Origin: Octopus bimaculoides
Taxonomy: Eukaryota
DNA: 64,000 bases
Direction of reading: 5' to 3'
Assembly: GCF_001194135.2 (NCBI RefSeq)
Contig: NC_068984.1
Span: 119,947,109-120,011,108 of the forward strand
Shown here: positions 12,005 through 25,176 of the stretch, piece by piece
Layout: every line of letters begins with the position of its first letter
Numbering within the stretch: the stretch's first letter is position 1
Translations under genes and position numbers: made by a program
The notes under the pieces: generated by a model
What the model was told of the DNA's origin: nothing
Database searches by the model: none
The model's input: only the letters and a program-made list of their open reading frames with translations

Positions 12005-13190
12005 TCAGATCCAGGAGCAATGTGTGGAACAGAATGAAGGCATTTGATACAGTAAACTGGTCAGGCTTGTGACAAATTTCAGAAGTTTTAGATGCCTGGG
12101 GAAGTTAAACTCATTTGATCAAGTCCTTACTGGTATGAGGGCTTAGGTTATGCAGATGAACTCTAGCTCTGCACGGTTTTATAGTGGGAGCAGTAGCGTA
12201 ACTAAGGGTGGAGGCACATGCCACAGGTGCCAATTGAAGGGGGAATGCAGAATTGACCATAATATGATAAGCTTGAACACCAATTACAAAATAGCAATTG
12301 TAAAGATGGATCTCCAGCCTATTGTTTTATGCTGTTATTGAAAGTAAAGGCAATATGATGGCTGTCTGCATTCATGTCTGGACATTTTTACAAAGTGCGT
12401 TAAAAAAGGCTTCGTAGAAATAAACATTCAAAAAATATATTTTGAATTACAGGCTGTACTGTACCGGCAGGTAAATGAACCCTGGTAAAGTATTTATTCC
12501 TAAAATATTGTTTTAAAACACTAATTACTTGTAACAAATAAGTACTATATAACATCGTGGATTTTGTAATTGGTGTTTTAAAACAATATTTTAGGAATAA
12601 ATACTTTACCAGGGNNNNNNNNNNNNNNNNNNNNNNNNNNNNNNNNNNNNNNNNNNNNNNNNNNNNNNNNNNNNNNNNNGGGGGGCATATTTTTGTGGCT
12701 TGCCTCAGGTGCAGTTTACCCTAGCTATGCTACTGAGTGGGAGTCAAATGCAAAGTACATCAATAATATTATCTACTCTATTGTATGATGGTTGCTATAC
12801 TGCAGACACAAAACAAAAACATAAAAAGAACTGCAGGTATTCGTGAGGAAACACCTGTAACATGTCATGTACATTAATTGGAGAGACAAGATCAGGAATG
12901 CCATCATCTTAAAGTATACTTAGCTTTATAATATGGGATAGATATTGATGTAGTGGAATCTCTGCTGGCTTGGACTTGACCAAAGAATGGAGAAAACTTG
13001 GTTATCAAGACAAACACTGTAAACACAGCTGGTTAACTGTGAGTGAAATCAGGGAAGATACTTCTCGAATGAGATTCAATGTTGCAAATAAGCTCAATTT
13101 AAGGAACTTAAGCATTGATATCTGCAGCTGGATCACTGCAGCTGGATCACTGCAGCTCAGGTCAGAAACTAGTGGTGGAGCATGATTCCT
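12005..13190 (+). mobile_element. Degenerate RTE-clade LINE (RT and C-terminal fragments), interrupted by a hAT MITE
   Basis: QIQEQCVEQN..KAFDTVNWSGL*QI upstream; LQVFVRKHL*HVMYINWRDKIRN, LCWLGLDQRME and RMRFNVANKLNLRNLSIDICSWITAA downstream. These are RTE ORF motifs with stops, frameshifts and a large deletion. Confidence 0.8.
12191..12735. mobile_element. Non-autonomous hAT-type DNA transposon
   Basis: TIRs cagtagcgtaactaagg / ccctagctatgctactg (14/17 match) and a perfect 8-bp TSD agtgggag at 12183-12190 and 12736-12743. Confidence 0.9.
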
Positions 13191-14609
13191 TAATGGGATT
13201 TAAATATGGAAAGTAAAGGACATGAATTATATATGGCAAAGCATTTTATCTGATGCTTTAGCAATTCTGTTAATCCACTGTGTAGTCTAGTACCACCACT
13301 GTGTAATTAACACTGACTTCATTAGCTTGCACTGCAGAATTCTTATATTCTTCTGAATGTGCTTTGGTGGAAGAACAAGGGCCACCCATAGACACACTAA
13401 TGCTCCATGAAGTTCAATGGATTATTGTTAACTTCATATATTAAGAGAAGCTTTTACAAGCAGACACCCCCACTTTTTGTTTTTCTTTTACAATAATTGA
13501 AAATTTAGTTCATGTTAAAATTGTACATTTTTGATTCTGACAAAGGCCAAAAATATCTTGGGCATCTGATCTTCTTAACAGAAAAGGCATCCAGCCATAG
13601 AAAATGCACCTCAGAAAAAATCCATCTGATACATGCAAGCATGAAAAAGTGGATGTTAAACTGACGATGATGGTAGTGATGATGATGAGAATTTATTTTC
13701 AGTTTTTTCCCCACCCCTACTTTGTATTGAGAAAAGCTCTGGGTTCATTTTTTCGTGTAATAGTAGCAGACAAAAATGATACTTTGAACAGAATTCTAGG
13801 TTAGTATCAACTAATAGACAGATAAGACAAGTAAAATTTTCAATAGTGTTTCTCTAATAACAATCACATATCTTTACATATGTACATATGTAGTAACAAA
13901 ACAAAAGAAAAATATATATATAAAAAAATAATGAATATAAAAGAATGTTTTAACAAACAGAACTTTACAGAGCACAGCTTGAAATCAGAAAATGTCAGTA
14001 AAGAAATAAAAGGAAAAATGAAAGAAAAGTAAAAAGAAAAGGAGAGAGAAGCTTTGTTAGGTTGAAATCTATGCTTTTCTTTTTGTTTCTTTCATCATCT
14101 TTTAGCTTGATGTAACACTATACATTCTTCCTTTAGTAAGATGTAACATTAACTATATAGAAAAAGCTAGGAAAAAAAAAAGAAGTACAATCTGATGATA
14201 CATGATTCAATCACAAATAAATATCAAACTAACAGGAATTAAAAAGAAAGTTATGTCAATGAATATATATAAAAAAAAAAAGAGTTATCTTAACTAAATT
14301 AGAATGTCTCCACTTTGAATTGTTAGTTGCTTTTCTTTATTAAGTAGTTCCTAATCAAGATTTCATACTTCATTCACCTGATTTATTAGAAATTAAGATA
14401 TTTTGGCTTTCATTTTTTATTTTGTCTTAGGCTTTTTAAAAAATTCTTTGATTCTTTATTCTCCCCTCCACCTCCTTAAATACAGTTTTTGAAAGTGTTT
14501 CTTTAATTTCCTGTCTCAGAAGTTTTAAAAGAAAAACTACATTGTTGAACTAGAGGAGTCTATTGCTTAGAAATATCAACATCTGCTCTGAGATAGTCTG
14601 CCAGCACCA

Positions 14610-14940
14610 CTACCATCACATCATCATCATTTAATGTCCATTTTCCCATGTTGGCATGGGTTGGACAGATTGACAGAATCTGACAAGCTGCAGGATTGCA
14701 ATGAGTTCCAATATCAGCTTTAACATGGTTTCTATAGCTGGATACCCTTCCTAACACTGACTACTTTACAATGTGTACTGGTTGCTTTTTTTGTTCATGT
14801 CACTGGCACAAGTGAGGTAAGCAAAAAGCCCCCGAGAAACAGCGGTGGTTTTGTACTGGGTATCAAGAGGCTAAAGTATGGAGGGACAGGTACAGGTGTC
14901 TTGTTTATAGAAGAACCGTGGCTACCTGCATGATATAAAA
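14610..14940 (-). mobile_element. RTE 3'-tail repeat (family C), degenerate
   Basis: catcatcatttaatgtccatttt...catgggttggacag...ctggatacccttcctaac. Confidence 0.7.
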
Positions 14941-16419
14941 GTTGGTGGGAATGGTGAGAAAGAAGATAAAGACTATATCCCTGTTCACCTTTGGCATTTA
15001 AAAATATAACATTACATGGATCAAATTTTGAATTTTAAAATTGGAATCAAATTCTTTAATCCTTTAGCATTCAGATTACTCTTTACATTCTGAGTTTAAA
15101 TCACACCAAGGTCAACTTCATTTTTAATCTTTTTAGGGTTAATAAAATAAAGTACCAGTCGAGTGCAGGGAACTGATAGTAACCACTAACCTCCTCCCTT
15201 CAAAATTCAGGTCTTGTACCTAAATTTAAAGCCAATATTTAAGACTAAATTAATTCTTGTCTCTTCCTGGAATCCATTTAGCCCATTTTAGTTTGGCCAC
15301 CATGTAAAACAATATAATTCCTTATTACTGGATATAATTACGATTTCACAATGGTTGATTAAAAATACCACATTTGTAATTTCAGGAAATAATGTCTAAT
15401 CTTCATGTGTAATTTAGATGGTTACTGTAGCTCGCCTCAGTGTATTAGAGAAAACCTGCCAAAATTGCAGTTTATCTCACTAATTATGAGAGCACAGGCC
15501 TACTTAGTGGCAACTGTGGTTGTGGTGGTGGTGGTGGTGATACAACTGGTGTTAGAGGTAAATGCTGTAAAGAAATCTGTTTATAATTATACGTTATGTT
15601 TGAGAACTAATGGGTTTAGGTGTTTTCAACTGTTGCAGAAGATGAAATCTCAGTGGCTGCCGTTTGCTGCATTTTAACTATTTAACCTGCATTATCCACA
15701 AAGGAAAAAGGAAAAAAATGAAAATATATAAAAATGAAAAAATAAATACTGATCAGTATAATAACGTATTAATCTAAATTTTCTGAGTATTTTTTGTATA
15801 TTAGGATGAATTATTTACAAAAAGAAAAAAAAGAAAACTTTTTAAAATCCATCTTAGTGGGTGGCTTCAATCACACAACATAAGATACATTTGCTCTCTA
15901 ACATATCTGAACCAGGTCTCGGGGAAAAGTACTTAATATTTCCTTGCAAAGCCTTAATTGCAGAGAAAGGATAGCTTATGGTGCTAACAGCTTGCTCTTT
16001 GTATTACAAGGAAACTATAAATTGTACTGAATATAGTTGTTTTTTATAAAACCTGTCTAAAGAACTGATATCTCTTTGCGATGTTTTTTTCGACTCCTTG
16101 TTTAGGGTATTTACACAAGTTTAATCACTCCTTTATTCATTTTATCTTCTTCAGCATCCTGATTATCTATTATAGGAATTCCAAACACTTTTGGTCCCTC
16201 TGCCCCATTCACTTCTACTCACTTCATATCTTTAAGGTCCATACTGACACCTCATTACCCCTACTTTTATTTCTTTCCTGCTCCACCCCCAATCCCACCC
16301 ACTCTTTCTTCTAAAACATGGGTAGTTATGAAGGTCCTGTACAGCAAGAAGACCTCTCTTCTCTCATAATTCTATCCCTCATAAAGCTACCCTCTTTGGG
16401 CTTTGTAGTTTTGTAAACT

Positions 16420-16610
16420 GCATGGTAATCTCACTAGTGCTGGTGGTACAAAAAAAGCACCCAGTACATGCTATAAAGAGGCTGGCACTAGTAAGGGCTT
16501 CCAACTGTAGAAACAATGCCAAAGCAGATATTGGAGCAAGATGTAGTCCTTGGTTCATCAAACTATCCAAACCCATGCTAGCATGGAATATTGACATTAA
16601 ATAATGATAG
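16420..16610 (+). mobile_element. RTE 3'-tail repeat (family C), degenerate
   Basis: aaaaagcacccagtac...ccaactgtagaaac...acccatgctagcatggaa. Confidence 0.65.
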
Positions 16611-18011
16611 CTTCGAGCAAAAGTTTTACTTCAAATTCAACTTTCAATAATGATAATCCTCTATCATTATTCTTACCATTTTGTTTTTTATTCCTCGTCT
16701 ATATTTCTTTCTCCAGTTGTCTTTATCTCCAAGCTTAAAGAAAATTTATGGGTGCTAAATTTTTCCTTTGAATAATATATTTTTCTTTCAGATTTTGTAA
16801 TCTGGATACATGCTCTTCTATGCTTTGTCTCCAAGTTAGTAAGTCTCATAAAGTTCACCAGCTTTCACATAATTAATTTTTCTTGTTCTAATTGTTTTGT
16901 AATTACACTTATTCCTCAAGTGATGAACATGTTCATAGAGGAAGACAATATAATTGATTGAAACAATTCCATTATTTATTTAATTAACCTCATAAAGACA
17001 GAGTGCAGTTGACCCCTGGCAGAATTTGAACTTGGAATATAGTGACGAAATTAAATATTGTTTAGCATTTTGTCTGAGTTTTACTCTCCCATTTCTGTTG
17101 CTAACTCTATCACCTCAGATTTTAATATCAGAACTTCTCAAACTAACACTTTACAGCACTTTCTTCATTGGTCACTCTAAGCATATTTAGTTTGATGTTG
17201 TTTCATAATTTCTCAGAGTTCTGTCTACCTCTCTTGTTAATTTCTTAATTTAACTTATCAATGAACTCTTTTCTGCACTGCCAGTCATCTCTTACTCTCC
17301 CTACCTCCCTCGCCCAACTCCTGTATCATTGGCCATCTCCCACTTTTTATCCACCGTTCACAACATCCTCCCTTCAAACCTATCTAATCTTTACAACTTT
17401 TGCCTATAACTTCTCTACTCATCCAGTTCACTAGCTCTCATTCTCTCATACACTCTTGCAGTCTCCACCTGCCCACTCTCTTGGTTCCTCTTTCCCCACT
17501 CACTTCTTGCCCATACCACAAAGGTCCATCCATTCACCTCATCATCACTATTTTTATCTCTTTTCATTCCCATCTGATCACTCTTATTTTCTCTCCACTA
17601 AAATGTGAGCTCTTCTACAGCAAGAAACCTGTTCTGCTGTGCTTCCTTGTCTCATACTTTAATTCCTCATCTCCAGCGTAAAGGCCATCCCTCTCAGGAT
17701 TCAGAGTCTTTTGTAAGCTGCACGGTGACTGCACTAATGCTGGTGCTTAAAAAAGCAACCTGCACATACTGCAAACTGATTGACATTATGAAGAGTATCC
17801 AGCCATAGAAAACATGCTGAAGCAGATATTAAAGTACACTGCTGTCCTTCAACCCATCAGATCCTATCAAACTGTCCAACTCNNNNNNNNNNCTGAAGCA
17901 GATGTTAAAGTACACTGCTGTCCTTCAACCCATCAGATCCTATCAAACTGTCCAACTCATCTCAGCATGGGACATAGATATTAAATAATGATGACGACAC
18001 ACACACAAGCG

Positions 18012-18044
<33 letters not shown>

Positions 18045-18859
18045 ACACACGCACACACACACACACACACATGTACATTTAAGTCACATTATATGGATTC
18101 AAGTAATCCAGTAGTACTCATAGAAAAGCTCCTTAATGTATCATTCTACAAAATATTCTGCACAACACCTGAGGATGTTTTTTTGCATTTTGCGTTAATG
18201 CAGATATGTAAGTAATTTATTTGTTATTAAATATAATAATTTAAATTATTTACAGGTTTTCAAGTTATGAAACAATTTGCCATGATATTAGAATTTTCTT
18301 ATTGTTAAATAAAATTTCATCAAACTATTTCTCTGTCATTTATTACTTTATATATATATATATATATCCAAAGTTTTAAATTTAAGAGAGAGATTTGATG
18401 CTAATATCCATTATTATTGTAATTTATTCCTATGTCAACAATGGTTTTCTATGAACAATTATATATATATATATTTGGACACTGGGCCGCTTTTTGGATG
18501 CTGGGTTTCACTGAAGAAATAACAAGGAACTGGGGTGTGTGGCAATTTGCTGTACTTGATAATAACATCAAGCTAAGTGAACTCGTCTTCCACACATTTG
18601 TTCCTTTAGGTGCAGGGGTCACTTAAAAAGCACCCGTGCTAGTGCTGTCTAAACACACCCATCTTGGTGACAGTTAAAAAAAACATCCAGCACACTCTGT
18701 TAAGTGGTTGGTGTTAGCAATGGCATCCAGCTATAGAAACCAGGCCATAACAGACAGTTGGAGTCTGGACAGCTCCCTGCTAGCCCACTACATGTCAAAC
18801 TGCCCAACCCATGCCAACATGGATAGCAGACATGATAATGATATATATACATATATATA

Positions 18860-19075
18860 TTCTTTTATTCTTTTACTTGTTGCAGTCATTTGACTGCAGC
18901 CATGCTGGAGCACCACCTTTAGTCGAACAAATTGATCCCAAGACTTATTCTTTGTAAGCCTGGGACTTATTCGATCAGTCTCTGTTGCCGAATTGCTAAG
19001 TTATGAAGATGTAAACACACCAACATTGGTTGTCAAGCAATGGTGGGGGAACAAACACAGACACACAAATTCATC

Positions 19076-19122
<47 letters not shown>

Positions 19123-19535
19123 GATGGGCTTCTTTCAGTTTCTGTCTACCAAATCCACTCACAAGGCTTTCATCAGCCCAAGGCTATAGTAGAAGACACT
19201 TGCCCAAGATGCCATGCAATGGGACTGAACCCGGGACCATGTGGTTGGGGAGCATGCTTCTTATTTCTTTATTGCCCACAAGGGGCTAAACATAGAGGGG
19301 ACAAACAAAGACAGATAAAGGGATTAAGTCGATTACATCGACCCCAGTGCGTAACTGGTACTTATTTAATCGACCCAGAAAGGATGAAAGGCTAAGTCAA
19401 CCTCGGCAGAATTTGAACTCAGAATGTAGCGGCAGACGAAATACCGCTAAGCATTTCGCCCAGCGTGCTAACGTTTCTCCCAGCTCGCCGCAGAAGGAGC
19501 AAGCTTCTTACCACACAGCTACTCCTACAATACAT
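18860..19535 (-). mobile_element. Full SINE family B with a nested SINE A-type copy
   Basis: B tail at 18860-19060, internal (CA)n, B head to about 19535. Interrupted at 19261-19490. Confidence 0.85.
19261..19490 (-). mobile_element. Young SINE A-type copy with an alternative 3' tail
   Basis: CpG-rich and near-consensus head and body. The tail gtttgtcccctctatgtttagccccttgtgggcaataaagaaataa differs from other A copies. Flanked by a duplicated ggagca(t/a)gcttctt (TSD-like). Confidence 0.85.
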
Positions 19536-19611
19536 TAATTTCGGGGATGGGTGTGGTCCCCCCCTCCGGTCTCTTTTGCTTTTCTTCTCTTATTATTACA
19601 TATTTCTGTCA

Positions 19612-19830
19612 AATGGTGAGCTGGCAGAATTGTTACCATGCTGGGCAAAATTCTTAGCGGCATTTCGTCTGTCTTTATGTTCTGAGTTCAAATTCCACCA
19701 AGGTCAACTTTGCCTTTCATCCTTTCAGGGTTGATAAAATAAGTACCAGTTGAACACTGGGGTTGATGTAGTCAACTAGGCACCTCCCTCAAAATTGCTG
19801 GCGTTGTGCCAAAATTTGAAACCATTATTG
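19612..19830 (+). mobile_element. SINE family A
   Basis: ggtgagctggcagaattgtta...ctgagttcaaattcc...aagtaccagttgaacactgggg. Confidence 0.85.
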
Positions 19831-19880
19831 CCTATTTCTGCATTGTATTTTTATCCTATGCTCTTACTTCTCTGCTGCTA

Positions 19881-19917
<37 letters not shown>

Positions 19918-20227
19918 CCTCTCCCTCTCTGTCTCGTTACTATTCTGCTTTAGTCATTTCCCCATTGTCTTTCTACTCCTCCTTCATCACCATTTGTTTT
20001 TGCTATCGCTAACCCATTCCCCCCACCCAATCATCTTCTTACCTTTCAGAAATTTATTTTTATTTTCTACAAAAAAATATACGTGTACACAAACACACAC
20101 ACACACGCACGCACACGCGCATGCACATGTGCATGCCCTCCTCCACATACATGTATATATGAATACACATAACACCTACTCTCTCTCCCTTTCTTACATG
20201 AATACAATATGTATGTATATGTATATA

Positions 20228-20989
20228 TAGGAGAATATACAAAAAATAACAACAGACGAGGACAGGTGGTGTAAATAACAAAAGTATATATTAGTATGAC
20301 GCTCGGGAATACGGAAAGTCTTTGACGTTTCGAGCTACGCTCTTCAACAGAAAGAATACGGAGACAAGGAGAAAAACACGGAGAAAAAAAATTGAATAGT
20401 GTTCAGTCAACGGTCAATCATAATAATGGCCGATCATAACAATGACTGACCGGAAGTTAGAAATTCTTATTTCAGGAGAGCTAAGAAAGGGGGAGATAAC
20501 AAACGGTGATCGGGAACGAGGGGCTGTGTGTGGGAGGTAGACTGCTGGTGATCTTGACGTATGTAGTGTGAAAATGGGGGAAGGGAGAAAGGAAGAAAGT
20601 AGTTGGTCNNNNNNNNNNNNNNNNNNNNNNNNNNNNNNNNNNNNNNNNNNNNNNNNNNNNNNNNNNNNNNNNNNNNNNNNNNNNNNNNNNNNNNNNNNNN
20701 NNNNNNNNNNNNNNNNNNNNNNNNNNNNNNNNNNNNGCAAGGGTATTGGTGTGGTGTGATGTGAGGGTGTTGGGAGGTGGGGAAGGCATGGGTGGAGTGT
20801 GGGGTAGAGGTAGGGGTATGTGGGTAGGGGTGGGTGGTGGGTGTAAGGAATTGGATGGGGTGGAGTGGGAAGGTAGAGTAGGAGTGTGTTGGGGTGTGGT
20901 GGGATGAGCTTATGAGGGGGTGTTGACGAGGAGGGAGAAGGGGAAGGTGGATGTAAGAGAGGGGGAAGATGGGTGTAAGAGAGATATGT

Positions 20990-20990
<1 letters not shown>
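20228..20990 (-). mobile_element. Penelope-like element-derived repeat (longer copy, with gap)
   Basis: 20228-20400 is homologous to 7859-8095 and carries a hammerhead-like motif. The extent beyond 20400 is inferred from composition only. Confidence 0.5.
20319..20355 (-). ncRNA. Minimal hammerhead-like motif, A6U variant
   Basis: Minus strand: tcttt-CTGTTGAA-GAGC-gta-GCTC-GAAAC-GTC-aaaga. 5-bp stem I, 4-bp stem II and a GUC triplet. Confidence 0.6.
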
Positions 20991-21020
<30 letters not shown>

Positions 21021-21322
21021 TGTGTACATGTATTTATGTATGTGTATATATATATATATATACATCTATGCTTCATTTATCTATTGTTTTTCTCTTGTAT
21101 ATACTACATAGGTACACACACACAAACATACTTCTCCCTACTCTGTGATTGAGTCTATATGCGACACTGGCTGCTGGAAAGCAGAAAGTCTGTCTGGACT
21201 GCTAATGGCTTTTCCACAGCTTTATTCACTGTCTGTTTTGTTATAGATTTACATCATTCTTGTATTCAGTCAGCAACAAATGACGTGGAACAGCTTTTAT
21301 GTCTCTTTAACCAGAGACCAAA

Positions 21323-21361
<39 letters not shown>

Positions 21362-22592
21362 ATACAGAAATAAAAACAGCATTTTCCTTTTTAAAAATAT
21401 ATAAATAATCACATAGAGAATTGGACAACATGAATGTATACATGCATGCACCTCCTCTCTGTTTCTTTTCCTTTTCTCTCTCCATTTCTCTCTATATATA
21501 TGTATACACACACANNNNNNNNNNNNNNNNNNNNNNNNNNNNNNNNNNNNNNNNNNNNNNNNNNNNNNNNNNNNNNNNNNNNNNNNNNNNNNNNNNNNNN
21601 NNNNNNNNNNNNNNNNNNNNNNNNNNNNNNNNNNNNNNNNNNNNNNNNNNNNNNNNNNNNNNNNNNNNNNNNNNNNNNNNNNNNNNNNNNNNNNNNNNNN
21701 NNNNNNNNNNNNNNNNNNNNNNNNNNNNNNNNNNNNNNNNNNNNNNNNNNNNNNNNNNNNNNNNNNNNNNNNNNNNNNNNNNNNNNNNNNNNNNNNNNNN
21801 NNNNNNNNNNNNNNNNNNNNNNNNNNNNNNNNNNNNNNNNNNNNNNNNNNNNNNNNNNNNNNNNNNNNNNNNNNNNNNNNNNNNNNNNNNNNNNNNNNNN
21901 NNNNNNNNNNNNNNNNNNNNNNNNNNNNNNNNNNNNNNNNNNNNNNNNNNNNNNNNNNNNNNNNNNNNNNNNNNNNNNNNNNNNNNNNNNNNNNNNNNNN
22001 NNNNNNNNNNNNNNNNNNNNNNNNNNNNNNNNNNNNNNNNNNNNNNNNNNNNNNNNNNNNNNNNNNNNNNNNNNNNNNNNNNNNNNNNNNNNNNNNNNNN
22101 NNNNNNNNNNNNNNNNNNNNNNNNNNNNNNNNNNNNNNNNNNNNNNNNNNNNNNNNNNNNNNNNNNNNNNNNNNNNNNNNNNNNNNNNNNNNNNNNNNNN
22201 NNNNNNATATATGTCTATATATCTCAACATCATCAATATCATTTTAATGTCTACTTTTCCATCTTTGCATTCATTGCAGCAAATTTTCTACTGCCAAATG
22301 ACCATTTTGCTTGCCAACCCTCACATTTCCAAGCAAGGTAATATTTCCCCATGTCCAAACATCGGAACATTGAACATTGGAAGCAAAAGTTGCTGCATAT
22401 ATGATAGTGGTGCTCATTTACAACCTACATGTGATGTCATAGCAAAGAACCCCCAACTCCTCCACATACACACATGCATACATACAGTGGTCTTCCTACA
22501 GTTTCCATTTACCAAACTCATTAACAATGCAGTAGTAGACGGCATCAACCCGAAATTTCATATAGTGTGACTGTATACATATGTGTATACAT

Positions 22593-22633
<41 letters not shown>

Positions 22634-22684
22634 AGGGTAAGCACATACATGTGAAACAAGGTGGGAAACAATAGTACTCGAATA

Positions 22685-22818
22685 CATCACAAAAACATCA
22701 CAAAAATCTAATATGCAGAGTTTCGGGTTCCTGTTCGTTGGCAATTCTCAATCAAAACTGTCTGACAAACAGGAATGTGAAACTCTGAGTAGCAAATTTT
22801 TGTAATTTTTTTGTGATG
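22685..22818. repeat. ~134-bp palindrome within a dispersed repeat
   Basis: catcacaaaaa...cagagtttcgggttcctgttcgttggca pairs with tgtctgacaaacaggaatgtgaaactctg...tttttgtgatg. Confidence 0.7.
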
Positions 22819-22849
22819 CTCTTACAGCTTTAATAATAAAGTGTGTATA

Positions 22850-23036
22850 GGAGTGGCTGTGTAGTAGGTAGCTGGGCGCAGGAGTGGCTGTGTGGTAAGT
22901 AGCTTGCTTACCGACCACATGGTTCTGATTTCAGTCCCACTGCATGGCACCTTGAGAGAGCGTCTTCTACTACAGCCTCGGGCTGACCAAAGCCTTGTGA
23001 GTGGATTTGGTAGATGGAAACTGAAAGAAGCCCATC

Positions 23037-23103
<67 letters not shown>

Positions 23104-23299
23104 TGTGTCTGTGTTTGTCCCCCTAACATCACTTGACAACTGATGCTGGTGTGTTTACATCCCCGTAACTAGCAGTTCAGCAAGCGAGCCTGATATAATA
23201 AGTACTAGGCTTACAAAGAATAAGTCCTGGAGTCAATTTGTTCGACTAAAGGTGGTGCTCCAGCATGGCTGCAGTCAAATGACTGAAACAAATAAAAGA
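22850..23299 (+). mobile_element. Full-length SINE family B
   Basis: ggagtggctgtgtggtaagtagcttgc head (22881, with a partial head duplicate just upstream), internal (TA)n(TG)n, standard tail. Confidence 0.9.
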
Positions 23300-23783
23300 A
23301 TATATATATATATATATATATATANNNNNNNNNNNNNNNNNNNNNNNNNNNNNNNNNNNNNNNNNNNNNNNNNNNNNNNNNNNNNNNNNNNNNNNNNNNN
23401 NNNNNNNNNNNNNNNNNNNNNNNNNNNNNNNNNNNNNNNNNNNNNNNNNNNNNNNNNNNNNNNNNNNNNNNNNNNNNNNNNNNNNNNNNNNNNNNNNNNN
23501 NNNNNNNNNNNNNNNNNNNNNNNNNNNNNNNNNNNNNNNNNNNNNNNNNNNNNNNNNNNNNNNNNNNNNNNNNNNNNNNNNNNNNNNNNNNNNNNNNNNN
23601 NNNNNNNNNNNNNNNNNNNNNNNNNNNNNNNNNNNNNNNNNNNNNNNNNNNNNNNNNNNNNNNNNNNNNNNNNNNNNNNNNNNNNNNNNNNNNNNNNNNN
23701 ATATATATATATATATATATAGATAGATATAAAGCTATACATTATAGATATATATATATAAATATGTATAAAACTATGCATAG

Positions 23784-23816
<33 letters not shown>

Positions 23817-25176
23817 CTTTAAACTGAATTGCTTGCTTTCTCAAGTTTCATGCTGCAATGATTATCAGGCCAGTTTTCGCTTGATGATCACTTTGGTTTG
23901 AGACTCATCATATTAAAGAGAATTCAGTTTAAATATAACATATATTCTCCATGTATTGATGTCTTCTTTCCTCATTCATTGACAGACAGTAACATTTGTG
24001 AACACATTCACACATACATATACATATACTCCTATCTCCTTGCATAAATGTTGTCACTGCCACCTGGATTTTGTAGTCTTGTGGGTTGCGTGGCTATGTC
24101 AGTGGTGTTGGTAGCACAAACAAGAACACCCAGTACATGCTGTAAAGTTGTTGGCATTAGGAAGAGCATCCAGCCACAGAAGTCATGCCAAAGCAGACAC
24201 TGGTGCAGAATGTAGTTCTTAGACTCCTCAGATCTTATCAAATTGTTTAACCCATGCCAGCATAGAACATGATCATTAATGATGATGATGATGATGATAC
24301 GTACATATGTGTGTGTGTGTGCATGCATTCATGTATGTGTTTGTCTTTGTGTGTCTTCACACTGGTACCACTTGGATGACATTTATGCCTCCCATAAGCA
24401 GAATGTACTATGGCACTTCAGCATGTAGAGATATGAGATAAAGCAGCTTACTTGAAACAAGAGTTGGCATCAGGAATGAAATCTGGCTGGCTATAGTGTA
24501 CTGCTTCAGGAATTTTTGTCCAGTCCAGTCCAGTCCATGCCAACACGGAAAAACAAACATAACAAGGAAATTGCAGCAAAGCAATGGGAAAGTGGTGTCA
24601 GTCATGGCATGCAGACCATCATATAACTTATCTGACATTGCGTTTTTACTCTTCTCTTCCATTTTATGAATTCAGTGTGCACAGTCGGTTTCTATTCAGA
24701 ACTGATTACAGATCACAACCATCTCACGAACCTGTGGTCGTGAGGCGTGCTTCACACTCTGATGGCCATGTAAAAAAATGATGATAATGATGATGACTAT
24801 GCATTGATGCGTATATACATTAATTATGTTAACACTAAATTATTCACTCTATTATTTTAGACATGTTTACTTTTTAGCTATTAGAGATGTATGATAAAAG
24901 TGAGCAAAAGGCAGCTTTCATTATCCTGTAGTACGTGGATACAGAGGATAGAGATCCAAAGGATTAATTTGGATATTTTTGAGGATGATCAAACAGACCA
25001 AGTGATCAAAGAAAAGGGAAACCTAAAAATGGAAAAAAAATAAAAGAAATTTTTTTTCTCACAGCCTACTCATCCAATAACACTGAAGTGTAGAAAATAT
25101 AATTAAATTATTATGCATTATGATACAATGATATAACAAAAGATATAATTAATTAACTTTGTGTTTTAATTTTCAG

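Noticed and set aside
15386-15579. Possible exon (acceptor at 15385, donor gag|gtaaat) and ORF 15405-15677
   Set aside because: All frames from the acceptor hit early stops, the Val run comes from a (GTG)n repeat and I recognise no protein. It could be a UTR exon but is unsupported.
15805-15912. Possible C/D snoRNA (ATGA...CTGA)
   Set aside because: The C box is imperfect, and there is no terminal stem or recognisable guide.
16792-16838. 47-nt segment with good AG/GTAAGT signals
   Set aside because: It is too short and has no recognisable peptide or phase link to other exons; such signals arise by chance in 64 kb.
17815-17960. ~70-bp direct duplication around a 10-N gap
   Set aside because: Same contig-overlap artefact.
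21409-23844. Long ORFs spanning N runs (also at 39.2, 41.1, 45.6 and 49.3 kb)
   Set aside because: They are open only because N codons and (TA)n contain no stops.
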